In this document: in pieces, positions 23,860-32,667 of the stretch
Layout of the letters: every line of letters begins with the position of its first letter
Numbering within the stretch: the first letter of the stretch is position 1
Origin: an uncultured Burkholderiales bacterium
GTDB taxonomy: Bacteria; Pseudomonadota; Gammaproteobacteria; Burkholderiales; Burkholderiaceae_C
NCBI GenBank assembly: GCA_966252435.1
Contig: CBINPE010000033.1
Location: forward strand, 1-38,547
Direction: 5' to 3'
Length of the DNA stretch: 38,547 nt
Position numbers and translations under genes: made by a program
Notes under the pieces: generated by a model
Told to the model about the DNA's origin: nothing
Databases searched by the model: none
Seen by the model: only the letters and a program-made list of their open reading frames with translations

Positions 23860-26745
23860 TCAGGGGTTGGCCATGACGCTGAAGAAGTCCACGGGATAGA
23901 CCATCTCGTAGCCGTAGAAGCCGTAGCTCTGCGTGTTGGCGCCCACCTGCATGGTGTTGAACTCGTTGTGGGACCGCGAGGCCAGCGTGGCCCAGGTCGG
24001 CCGGGTGTCGTACCACTCGGGGTGCGGGACCGCCCCGACGGCCAGGCGTTGGCGGTACAGGCGGTCCAGGTAGGCCAGCGGGTAGTCCAGCAGGGTGTGG
24101 CCGCCGGAGTAGGTGCGGGTGACCTCGGAGTACGCGAACCCGATGTTGTTGTCGACGTAGCCGTACTTGACCACGTAGTTCATGGTCTGGAACAGCATGT
24201 CCTCGATGGTGGGGTACGGGATGCCTGCCCCCTTGCCAGCGGCCGCCATCAGCTTGTCCTGCTCGTAGAACTTGATGACGTTGGACAGCAGCGGCCCGGC
24301 CATCCAGGGGTTGGTGCCGTTCGCCCCCGCCACGCCGTTGCTGTTGTCCATCAGGGTCATCGTCCAGTAGCCCGTGCCCTGGCTGGCGTTGTTGACGCCG
24401 ATCACGGCGGAGCTCACGGTGCGCGTGGCCGGGTTGTAGCCCACGTGGTTGAGCGGGGTCTGCCACCACTGGATGAGGTGGTTGACCAGCTGCCCGTTGA
24501 CCGTCTTGTGGTAGTTGGCGTCGCCCGTCACGCGCACGTACTCGTTCATGACGTACAGCGGCCAGCCATAGTCCCGCTCGGCCTCGCGGTACTGCGAGAC
24601 ATCGAAGGGCGTCTTGAAGAAATACGGCGTGACGTGCTTCCACCAGTTGGCGATCTCGGTCAGAACCTCCAGCGAGCGCTTGTCGCCCGTCAGCAGGTAC
24701 AGGTCGCTCAAGCCGCTCACGTGGGCATGACCCCAGTGCATGTTGCGCACCTGGTGGTCTTCGTTGTTGTGCCCCTGCGCATGGATCTCGCCGGCAGGCT
24801 GCTGGCCCATGGCCTGCCAGGCGGCCGCCGTCTCCCAGTAGCCGCTGCGCGGACCGTGGGCCACGTCGATGTCGGCGAAATGGCGGGTGCTGATCTCGCC
24901 CAGCTGGAACCAGCGCTGCTCGCCCGTGCGGACGAATTCGTGCAGGAAGGCGTTCGCGCCGATGTGCGTGTCGTTGTAGAAGGCCGGGATGCGCACGCCA
25001 TTGACGACGTCGTTCCAGCCCGCGCGCAGGCGGTCACCGTAGTCGCGCCAGCCGAACATCGTGGCGTCGCCGCCGAGGTCGTCGGGGTCGTTGCGCGTCA
25101 CGCTCTGGGGCGTGGGCTGCTCGATGCTGGGAATGTAGATGTCCTTCAGCAGCATGGCGCTGTAGCCGGTGTTGGTGTTCGGGTTGCCCACGGTGATGTC
25201 GCCGAAGACGCCGGAGCTGGCATACCAGGACGGCGCGGCCGTCAGCTCCAGGCGGTGGCGCTGGTAGCCCTTGTTGAGGTCGATGAGGGCTGAGGTGGCA
25301 GCTTGCGTGTCACCGAAGGCGAAGCGCAGCTGGTGCGTCTTGGCCCCGCCCGGACGGGTGAAGTAGAAGCTGTTGGGGCGCTTGTAGCGCGTGCCCGACT
25401 GGGCTGGCACGGTCGTGTCCGCGGCCCCGCCGAGCGAGCGCTCGGCGAACAAGGCGGCAGTGAGCGTGTGGTCCTTGACGTTGAGCTCGATCGGGTACTG
25501 CTGCCAGAAGTCCCGCACCATCAGGCTCAGGTGGCGCGCGCCGCTGTCCAGCGCCAGCCAACCCGGTGCACGCAGGCCGCTGCCCACACCCGTGTAGCTG
25601 AACGTGTTGCCCTGGTCATCACCGTTGTCGAAGATGAACTGGCCGTTCTGCAGGAGATAGTGCTCACCGCTGACCGTGCCGCTGGCGCTGGCGTCCTTGT
25701 CCAGGCCGAAGCGGTACTGGGCCGGCGTGTCGGCCAGGTAGTTCCAGCGCAGCCCATAGCCGCGCGCTGCGAAGGCCAGTGGGGACCCCGCCGGATGGGC
25801 TGCATCGACATCGGCCTCCGCCCGGTCGTCGATGACGGTGAAGTCGATGTCGAGCTTGTCGGAGCCTGCATAGGCGGCATAGCGCACCAGGTACTTGATG
25901 AGCGTCGCGCCGCTGCTGTTGGTCAGCGCACCGCGCGCACGGATGACCGCGCGCACCGGCCCTTGCTCCTCGACCGTGATGTCGGGGTTGGCCGCCTGGC
26001 TGGCGGTGTACTGGACGCCGTCGGCGTTGACCATGAAGAATTCGCCCGCGCCGAGCACCTGCTCGCCGGCGTCGAAGACACCGTTGTGATCGGCGTCGCG
26101 CCATAGGGCGGTGACCAGGCCGCGCGCATTGAGCACGAAGCGGATGGCGCCGGTGTCCACGGTGGTGTTGCCGCTGGCCTGGGCCACGCTCACCCCGCGC
26201 GGCACGGCAGCGCGCACCACGCTGCCGCCGTAAGCGAGACGGTAGTTCTTGGCGGCACCCACGTCGGTGACGAACTGCACCAGGGCCGACTTGACGGACC
26301 CGTCCGGCCAGGACGCCAGGGTGTCGATCTGCGAAGGCACTTCCTGGGCACCATCACCGGTCTCGAGCCGGACGTTGGCCAGCGAGCGCAGTGCCCCCTG
26401 GGGGAAGGGGATGCCGCTGCGCACAGGGATAGAACCTGCCGTTGGCGCTGCAGCCAGCGTGAGGGGAATCACGCCTGCATTGGCAGCAGGTGCGGGGGCG
26501 GTCCCAGGGCCCAGGCCGCCACCCGTACTGCCACCGCCACTGCTGCCGCCGGTCCCGGTGCCTCCGCCTGCGCCGCTGCCGTTCCCATTGCCACTGCCGT
26601 TCGGAGAAGTCGTGCCTCCCGCGGAGGCTGCCGGCCCGTTGGCCTCCGTGCCGTCGGAGTTGCAGCCGGCCCCGGCACCCAACATCAGCATGGCCAGCAA
26701 CCACGCCCCCAACCGGCCTACACCCCCGAACGAGGACGACTTCAT
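23860..26745 (-). CDS. Large secreted lipoprotein (about 960 aa) with a Gly/Ser/Asn-rich linker; putative carbohydrate-active enzyme of unknown family
   Basis: Start at MKSSSFGGVGRLGAWLLAMLMLGAGAGC, preceded by GGAG. A low-complexity linker (GNGNGSGAGGGTGTGGSSGGGSTGGG) is followed by about 850 aa of globular sequence with His/Trp/Tyr-rich conserved-looking blocks (…HWGHAHVSGLSDLYLLTGD…, …GYWTMTLMD…). The family was not recognised from sequence alone. Confidence 0.8.
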   Translation of the reverse strand: MKSSSFGGVGRLGAWLLAMLMLGAGAGCNSDGTEANGPAASAGGTTSPNGSGNGNGSGAGGGTGTGGSSGGGSTGGGLGPGTAPAPAANAGVIPLTLAAAPTAGSIPVRSGIPFPQGALRSLANVRLETGDGAQEVPSQIDTLASWPDGSVKSALVQFVTDVGAAKNYRLAYGGSVVRAAVPRGVSVAQASGNTTVDTGAIRFVLNARGLVTALWRDADHNGVFDAGEQVLGAGEFFMVNADGVQYTASQAANPDITVEEQGPVRAVIRARGALTNSSGATLIKYLVRYAAYAGSDKLDIDFTVIDDRAEADVDAAHPAGSPLAFAARGYGLRWNYLADTPAQYRFGLDKDASASGTVSGEHYLLQNGQFIFDNGDDQGNTFSYTGVGSGLRAPGWLALDSGARHLSLMVRDFWQQYPIELNVKDHTLTAALFAERSLGGAADTTVPAQSGTRYKRPNSFYFTRPGGAKTHQLRFAFGDTQAATSALIDLNKGYQRHRLELTAAPSWYASSGVFGDITVGNPNTNTGYSAMLLKDIYIPSIEQPTPQSVTRNDPDDLGGDATMFGWRDYGDRLRAGWNDVVNGVRIPAFYNDTHIGANAFLHEFVRTGEQRWFQLGEISTRHFADIDVAHGPRSGYWETAAAWQAMGQQPAGEIHAQGHNNEDHQVRNMHWGHAHVSGLSDLYLLTGDKRSLEVLTEIANWWKHVTPYFFKTPFDVSQYREAERDYGWPLYVMNEYVRVTGDANYHKTVNGQLVNHLIQWWQTPLNHVGYNPATRTVSSAVIGVNNASQGTGYWTMTLMDNSNGVAGANGTNPWMAGPLLSNVIKFYEQDKLMAAAGKGAGIPYPTIEDMLFQTMNYVVKYGYVDNNIGFAYSEVTRTYSGGHTLLDYPLAYLDRLYRQRLAVGAVPHPEWYDTRPTWATLASRSHNEFNTMQVGANTQSYGFYGYEMVYPVDFFSVMANP

Positions 26746-27088
26746 CAGCATCTCCATACAACCTACAACCGCCCGCGCTGCAAGAGCATCGGGAACATCT
26801 TGGCAACCGCGCTGCGTAGCAAGACATGGCACGAGCCGATGAACTTGCCCTGCCTCGTCGCCGTTGCAGGATAGAGTAAATTCAGCCTAAAGCCAGGTTC
26901 ATTTCAATTCTTAACACCGCAACAGCGACGGTGGCTCCTTACAAAGAATTGCACACACTTCATCCACCCGGCAGGAGGCCAGAATGCCTCGATGGCGGCC
27001 CGGGCACGCAAATGGTCACCGTTTGATACGGGCCTGCAGACAGGCTCTTCCATAATGCGCCCTGCGTCATCCAAAACCTGTCCCCGTC

Positions 27089-27841
27089 ATGATCCCTGCC
27101 CTCCCCGGAGCCACCGAGTCGGTGCGCCAGGCCCTCCAGGCCCTGGTGACGGATCTCGGTGCCCAGGCGGGGCCTGCCTTCGTCGGCCTGGTGCTGTATG
27201 GCGGGCTGGCGCGGGGGCGCTACCGGCCCGGACGCAGCGACGTCAACGTGGTCGTGCTGCTGGACCCCGCGGATGCCGCCATGCTCAAGGCCATCGCACC
27301 CGCCTTGCGCCAGGCCCGCCGTGCGGCGGCCGTCGACGCGCTGCTGATGACGCCGGCCGAGGTGCCACTGGCCGCGCTCGACTTTCCCACCAAGTTCCTC
27401 GACATCCAACACCACCACGTGGTGCTGCATGGCAGCGGGGATCCCTTCCAGAACCTCGCCCTGCCGCGCGCGGCCGTGCAGCGGCGCATCGCGCAGTCGC
27501 TGCGCAACCTGCTGCTGCGCCTGCGTCACCGCTACCTCACCATGGTCGACGAGCCGCAAGGCCTGCACACGGCCCTGGCCGGCATGGCACGTCCGCTGGC
27601 CATCGAGTTGTCGGCGCTGCTCCAGGTGAGCGGGCACGCCGTGCCGGGGGAAGACCGCACCGCCGCGATCTATGCCGCTGCTGCCCGGACCTTGCAGCTC
27701 GACGCCACCGTGCTGTCCGAACTGGCCGGCCTGCGCGACGGTGCCTCCAGCGTCGATGCCCCCGTCCTGTTCGGCCGCGTGCTGGCCCTGCTGTCCCAGC
27801 TGGCTGACCGGGTTGACCAGCAAGCGGCAGGAGAGCCCTAG
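27089..27841 (+). CDS. Nucleotidyltransferase-domain protein (Pol-beta superfamily; ANT(3'')/AadA-like architecture)
   Basis: Motif GLVLYGGLARGRYRPGRSDVNVVVLLD matches the minimal nucleotidyltransferase pattern hG[GS]…[DE]h[DE]h, followed by a helical C-terminal domain. 250 aa. Only 43 bp separate it from the next gene. Confidence 0.75.
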   Translation: MIPALPGATESVRQALQALVTDLGAQAGPAFVGLVLYGGLARGRYRPGRSDVNVVVLLDPADAAMLKAIAPALRQARRAAAVDALLMTPAEVPLAALDFPTKFLDIQHHHVVLHGSGDPFQNLALPRAAVQRRIAQSLRNLLLRLRHRYLTMVDEPQGLHTALAGMARPLAIELSALLQVSGHAVPGEDRTAAIYAAAARTLQLDATVLSELAGLRDGASSVDAPVLFGRVLALLSQLADRVDQQAAGEP

Positions 27842-27884
27842 GGCCTGCCTCCGTCAGCCAAAGAAAGAAACGCAAAGGCGCACC

Positions 27885-28829
27885 GTGACCCTGCCCGTGC
27901 TTTCCGACCTGCTCAACCTGAGCGGTCCGGCCTTTCTGCTGTTCTACGCAGCCGCCTTCGTCGCCGTGCTGCTGCTGGGTCGTTGGATGAAACGGCACCT
28001 TCTTGCCACGGTGGCGCCCCTGAGCGGCGCGGGCCATCGCCTGTCGGCCTATGAGCTGGCGAGCCTGGCCGGAGGACCGGAGCGCGCCATCGCCACCGCG
28101 CTGACCCGCTTGTCGCACCAGGGCCTGCTGGCCCCCGCAACGGAGGGGCCTGCGGGCTTCGTGGTCCGGCAACCTCTGCCTGCACAGGCTCATGAGCTGG
28201 AGAAGATGCTTCACCGGGAAGTCGAGCTGCGGCGCGACAGCAACCCGCCCAGCCTGTTCATCCTGAGCCGCATCGCGCTGCACACCGGCCCCCTCGAACG
28301 CCTTGACGCGGCGCTGAGAAAAGGGGGCTGGCTGGTCGACCCGTCGAACGCACGCGTGAACGGCGTGCGCCTGCTGGTGACGCTCCTGTGGCTGGGCCTG
28401 ATCGCCCTGGGCGTGGCCAAGACCGGCATCGGCCTGTCGCGCGACAAGCCGGTGGGCATCCTGATGTTCTTCCTGCTCGTCACGGTGCTGACCGGCTGGT
28501 TCACACGTGGGCTGCCCCGGCGCACGCCCCGTGGTGACGCCTTCGTGAACGACCTGACGCGGCGCAACGCCGCCCTGCAGACCACTTTGGCGCGAGGCAG
28601 CCAGAGCCAGCACAACGTCTCCCACGAAGACCTGATCCTGGCGGTGGCCCTGTTCGGCACCCCCGTGCTGGCGAACGGGCCGCTGGCGTGGATGCTGCCG
28701 CCGCTGTCCACCGGGAGTGCCGGCAGCGGCGGCGGCGACAGCGGTTCGTCCTCGTCGAGCTGCGGCGGGGGTGGCGACTCCTCGTGCGGCGGCGGAGGCT
28801 GTGGCGGCTGCGGAGGAGGCTGCAGTTGA
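27885..28829 (+). CDS. TIGR04222-like membrane protein with Gly/Ser/Cys-rich C-terminal tail
   Basis: GTG at 27885 preceded by AAAGG. Three hydrophobic segments (AFLLFYAAAFVAVLLLG; VRLLVTLLWLGLIALGVA; VGILMFFLLVTVLTGWF). A YELASLAGGP motif is present. The C-terminus is …STGSAGSGGGDSGSSSSSCGGGGDSSCGGGGCGGCGGGCS, with 6 Cys in the last 25 aa. The positive-inside rule places the tail in the cytoplasm. Confidence 0.7.
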   Translation: MTLPVLSDLLNLSGPAFLLFYAAAFVAVLLLGRWMKRHLLATVAPLSGAGHRLSAYELASLAGGPERAIATALTRLSHQGLLAPATEGPAGFVVRQPLPAQAHELEKMLHREVELRRDSNPPSLFILSRIALHTGPLERLDAALRKGGWLVDPSNARVNGVRLLVTLLWLGLIALGVAKTGIGLSRDKPVGILMFFLLVTVLTGWFTRGLPRRTPRGDAFVNDLTRRNAALQTTLARGSQSQHNVSHEDLILAVALFGTPVLANGPLAWMLPPLSTGSAGSGGGDSGSSSSSCGGGGDSSCGGGGCGGCGGGCS

Positions 28830-28834
28830 AAACG

Positions 28835-29824
28835 ATGATGACGAACATAAAGAAGGCCGTGACGCAGACGATCTCGAAGGTCCTGCATGGGACCCCCGTG
28901 CCGCCCACGTCCACACCGGCCCCCTGCACCCCGCTCACGCTGGGGCTGGGCATCGGCTGGCGCCCCGAGCTGGCCTGGATGATCGAACGCCGGCCCGACC
29001 TCGGCTTCGTGGAGCTGCTCGTCGAGAACCACCTCGGTGGTGTGCCAGATGCCGTCCACCTGCTGCGCGAACGCGGCCTGACGGTGCTGCCGCACGGCGT
29101 GTCGTTGTCGCTGGGCAGCGCCGATCTGCCCGACCGCGAGCGCCTGCTCGCCCTGGCGAGCCTGGCCCGCCAGATGGATGCGCCGCTGGTCAGCGAGCAT
29201 CTGGCCTTCGTGCACGCGGGCGGGCACCACAGCGGTCACCTGCTGCCGCTGCCACGCACGCGCGAGGCACTGGAAACCGCCGTGCGCAACGTGCGGGCCG
29301 CCCAGGCGCTGCTGCCGGTGCCGCTGGCGCTGGAGAACATCGCCAGCCTGCTGGAATGGCCCGGCGCCGAGATGAGCGAGGCCGACTTCTGGGCCGAGCT
29401 GCTCGACCGCACGGGCGCCCTGATGCTGCTGGACCTCGAGAACCTGTACGCCAACCGCCGCAACCACGGCCTGGACGAGCGGGCTTTCATCGACCGCCTG
29501 CCGCTTGACCGCGTGGCCTATGTGCACGTCGCCGGGGGCGTGACCGACAGCGAAGGGCTCTACCACGACACCCATGCCCATCCCGTTCCCTCGCCCGTGC
29601 TGATGTTGCTGCAGCACCTGTGCGAACGCCACTGTCCGCCCGGCGTCCTGCTGGAGCGTGACGACCACTTCCCTGCGCCCGCCGCCCTGCACGACGAGCT
29701 CGACGCAATGGCCGCCCTGCTGAGTGCTGGGCGCGCCCCCCGCTCCCGCACGCCCCGCCCAGGCACAGCCCGTGGGACTGCGTCCGGCCAGGCCCATCCG
29801 CACCATGACGATGTCCCTGCGTGA
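28835..29824 (+). CDS. DUF692 family protein (multinuclear non-heme iron oxidative enzyme, MNIO; MbnB/TglH/HvfB/BufB-like)
   Basis: LTLGLGIGWRPELAWMIERRPDLGFVELLVENHLGG…VLPHGVSLSLGS…LVSEHLAF… is the characteristic DUF692 TIM-barrel N-terminus. ATG at 28835 lies 6 nt after the upstream stop. A roughly 30-aa N-terminal extension precedes the domain. Confidence 0.88.
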   Translation: MMTNIKKAVTQTISKVLHGTPVPPTSTPAPCTPLTLGLGIGWRPELAWMIERRPDLGFVELLVENHLGGVPDAVHLLRERGLTVLPHGVSLSLGSADLPDRERLLALASLARQMDAPLVSEHLAFVHAGGHHSGHLLPLPRTREALETAVRNVRAAQALLPVPLALENIASLLEWPGAEMSEADFWAELLDRTGALMLLDLENLYANRRNHGLDERAFIDRLPLDRVAYVHVAGGVTDSEGLYHDTHAHPVPSPVLMLLQHLCERHCPPGVLLERDDHFPAPAALHDELDAMAALLSAGRAPRSRTPRPGTARGTASGQAHPHHDDVPA

Positions 29825-30308
29825 TCAGCAGGCCGCGCTGCTGGCGGCCCTGGTGGCGAACGGCCCGGTGCCGCCCGGCTGGAACGCCGAGCGCGTGCAC
29901 GCCATGGCGCGCTCCCTGATGCAGAAGCGGGCACGCGGGATAGGACGCAGCTGGCCCACCCTGAAGGCCTTGCTGGGCGATGACTTCGATGCCCGCTGCG
30001 CCGCCTATGCCCGGGTCCAGCCGCTGCCGCAGCACGGCGGCCCACTGGCCGACGGTCGGCTGCTGGCGCGCTGGCTCGAGCGGCAGGGCCTTCCCCTGAG
30101 CGATGCGGTGCGTCGCCAGGCGCTGGCGGTGGACCAGCGCTTCTTCACCCATCATCCCGCCTGGCCAGCGCGCCGCTGGCCGAGCCTGCGCCTGTGTTGG
30201 CTGCCCCAGGCCCAGAGCTGGTTGCTGGCGCTGCACGTGCCGGGTTGGCTGGACCACCAGGTCCAGGTGCGCTGGCCACATGGCTGGCCCCATCCGCATA
30301 TCCGTTGA
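29805..30308 (+). CDS. DUF2063-like partner protein of the MNIO (MbnC/TglI/HvfC/BufC-like)
   Basis: Overlaps the DUF692 stop by about 20 nt, suggesting translational coupling. 167 aa starting MTMSLRDQQAALLAALVANGPVPPGW… Its position and size match DUF2063 partners. Similarity is judged by eye only. Confidence 0.7.
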   Translation: MTMSLRDQQAALLAALVANGPVPPGWNAERVHAMARSLMQKRARGIGRSWPTLKALLGDDFDARCAAYARVQPLPQHGGPLADGRLLARWLERQGLPLSDAVRRQALAVDQRFFTHHPAWPARRWPSLRLCWLPQAQSWLLALHVPGWLDHQVQVRWPHGWPHPHIR

Positions 30309-30348
30309 AATCTCACGAAAGCGCCGGGTGCCCTATAGTTCCGGCGCG

Positions 30349-32643
30349 ATGCGAATCCGGCCCCTCCTCTTCCTCGCCGCGGCGGCAGTGCTCGTGCCGG
30401 GGTTCTTGGCTGCCATCATTGCCATCGAGAAGGTCAAGGAGGCCGAGCGCGAAACCGCCCTGCGCGGGCTTCACGAGACCGTCCGGGCCACCGCCCTGCT
30501 GATCGACCGCGAGATCCAGGGCTCTCTGGGCACCCTTTCCGCGCTGGGCAATTCACCCCATTTGCAGAACGACAACCTCGCATCCTTCTACAAGGAAGCG
30601 CTCGCGGTGGACCACCAGCCCTACGTCTGGACCCTGCTGTTCGATGAGGAGGGCACCCAGAAACTCAACACCTCCCTGCCCTTCGGCACCCCCTCTCCCC
30701 CCGCCTCGCAGCAAGCGCGCGAGCGCGTCAGTCAGGTGCTGTCGACCGGACGCCCGCTGGTCACCGACCTGTTCATCGGCCCTGTCACCAAGCGGCTCAT
30801 CACCACTGTGTATGTGCGCGCCAAGGCCGCCTCGGCCCGGCCCTACGTCGTGGCCCAGGCTTTCGCGGTGGACCGCTGGCGCAAGACCGCGCTGCAACCG
30901 CGCGGCCAAGCCGACTGGATCGTGGCGGTCCTCGACCGCCAAGGCCGGTTCATTGCCCGCAGCCACCAGGCCGACAGCCTCCTGGGGCAATCCGCGCGGC
31001 CCGAGCTGGTGGCGGCGGCCGCCGCCGCCCCGGAGGGGCTGATCCGCCACCGGACCCTGGAAAACGTCGACGCCTACGACGCCTTCGTGCATTCCGAGCT
31101 GACCGGCTGGACCATCGCGGTCGCCGCACCGGTGGAAACGATCGAATCGTCGGCCTGGCAGGCCGTCTCATGGCTGGTGGCGGGGCTGTGCATGGCGCTG
31201 GGGGGCGCCCTGGCAGTGGCGGGGCTGATCGGCCGCCGCTTTGTGCAGGCCCTGGCCGTCACCTCGCAGGCCGCCGCAGCCTTGGGCAACGGCCGTCAGC
31301 CCGAGGTCAAGCCCACCACGGTGCACGAGATCAATGTGCTCAACGAGGCCTTGCTCGATGCCGGCCGCCTGCTGTCGGCCGAACGGCAGACACGGGAGCA
31401 GGTGGAAGCGGAGCGGGCCGAGCTGTTGCGCAAGGAGATCCTGGCGCGCGAGAAAGCCCAGAAAGAGAACGCGGCCAAGGACCAGTTTCTGGCCATGCTC
31501 GGCCACGAGTTGCGGAACCCCTTGGCGGGCATCGCCGGCGCCACCACCCTGCTGATGCGGGGCCGCTCCGACGAAGCCTCGCTGGCCCGCTACCTGGGCA
31601 TCATCGACCGCCAGAACCGCCACCTGACCCGCATCATCGACGACCTGCTCGAAGTCAGCAGGGCGATGTCAGGCAAGATCGTGCTCTCGCCAGCTCCGAT
31701 GGATCTGTCAGACTGCGTGAATCATTGCGTCGACGCCCTGCGCACCAGCGAGCGTGCCCAGGGCCATCCCCTGGTGATGGAGACCCAGGCGACCTGGGTG
31801 AACGCAGACGCCGTGCGGATGGAACAGATCGTGAACAACCTCGTGACCAATGCGCTGAAATTTTCCCCGCCGGGCGGAACGGTCTGGGTGCGCCTGCGGC
31901 CGACCGAAAGCCAGGCTGTCCTGGAAATCAGCGACGAGGGCGCGGGCATCGGTGCCGATCTGCTACCGCACGTGTTCGAGCCCTTCGTGCAGGGGCCCAA
32001 CCTGCCGGGCCGGTTGCAGAGCGGCCTGGGCATCGGGCTGGCGCTGGTCAAGCAGCTGGTGCGGCTGCACGGCGGCGAAGTCCATGCCCACAGCCAGGGC
32101 GAAGGGCTGGGCAGCACCTTCACCGTCACCCTGCCACGGATGGGGGCACAGGCCCCGTCCTCCACCATGGAGCCCCGGGTCAAGCCGTCAGGATGCCGCG
32201 TCCTGGTGGTGGACGACAACCCGGATGCCCGCCTGACCACGGTCGAGCTGCTGCGCAACATGGGCTATGAGGTGGAGGAAACCGCGGACGGCCCGCAGAC
32301 GCTGGCCCGGCTCACCGAGTGGCAGCCCGACGTCATCGTCATGGACATCGGCCTGCCTGGCCGGGACGGCTATGCGGTGGCGGCAGACCTGCGGCGCCGA
32401 CCGGAGCTCGACCGTGTGTCCCTGATCGCCCTGACGGGCTATGGCCAGGACCTCTCACGCCGCGAGGCGGTCGCCTCGAAATTCGACGACCACCTTGTCA
32501 AGCCCGTGAAACCGGATAGGCTCATGGCCACCATCGAACGACAATTGCGGACCCGGCAGCCGGGCAGGTCTCCCCCGCCAGAACCGCCGCTTGCCTCGCA
32601 GTCTCCTCGCCCCGCCGGGCTTCCTGACCGGACTTTGACCTGA
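30349..32643 (+). CDS. Hybrid sensor histidine kinase / response regulator (periplasmic sensor domain, HisKA, HATPase_c, C-terminal REC)
   Basis: Two transmembrane segments bracket a roughly 270-aa periplasmic domain. H-box FLAMLGHELRNPLAGI. ATP-binding N/G boxes (NLVTNALKFS…, GLGIGLALVKQLVRLHGG). A C-terminal receiver domain (RVLVVDDNPDARL…DVIVMDIGLPGRDG…). Confidence 0.9.
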   Translation: MRIRPLLFLAAAAVLVPGFLAAIIAIEKVKEAERETALRGLHETVRATALLIDREIQGSLGTLSALGNSPHLQNDNLASFYKEALAVDHQPYVWTLLFDEEGTQKLNTSLPFGTPSPPASQQARERVSQVLSTGRPLVTDLFIGPVTKRLITTVYVRAKAASARPYVVAQAFAVDRWRKTALQPRGQADWIVAVLDRQGRFIARSHQADSLLGQSARPELVAAAAAAPEGLIRHRTLENVDAYDAFVHSELTGWTIAVAAPVETIESSAWQAVSWLVAGLCMALGGALAVAGLIGRRFVQALAVTSQAAAALGNGRQPEVKPTTVHEINVLNEALLDAGRLLSAERQTREQVEAERAELLRKEILAREKAQKENAAKDQFLAMLGHELRNPLAGIAGATTLLMRGRSDEASLARYLGIIDRQNRHLTRIIDDLLEVSRAMSGKIVLSPAPMDLSDCVNHCVDALRTSERAQGHPLVMETQATWVNADAVRMEQIVNNLVTNALKFSPPGGTVWVRLRPTESQAVLEISDEGAGIGADLLPHVFEPFVQGPNLPGRLQSGLGIGLALVKQLVRLHGGEVHAHSQGEGLGSTFTVTLPRMGAQAPSSTMEPRVKPSGCRVLVVDDNPDARLTTVELLRNMGYEVEETADGPQTLARLTEWQPDVIVMDIGLPGRDGYAVAADLRRRPELDRVSLIALTGYGQDLSRREAVASKFDDHLVKPVKPDRLMATIERQLRTRQPGRSPPPEPPLASQSPRPAGLPDRTLT

Positions 32644-32667
32644 CCCTTGCCTGCCGAATAGAAAACC

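Noticed and set aside
23738-25293. Plus- and minus-strand ORFs of 300-517 aa inside the large secreted lipoprotein gene
   Set aside because: They are antisense or alternative-frame products over the 960-aa gene, which has a signal peptide, a good Shine-Dalgarno and globular composition. These have Gly/Arg/Val/His-rich junk composition.
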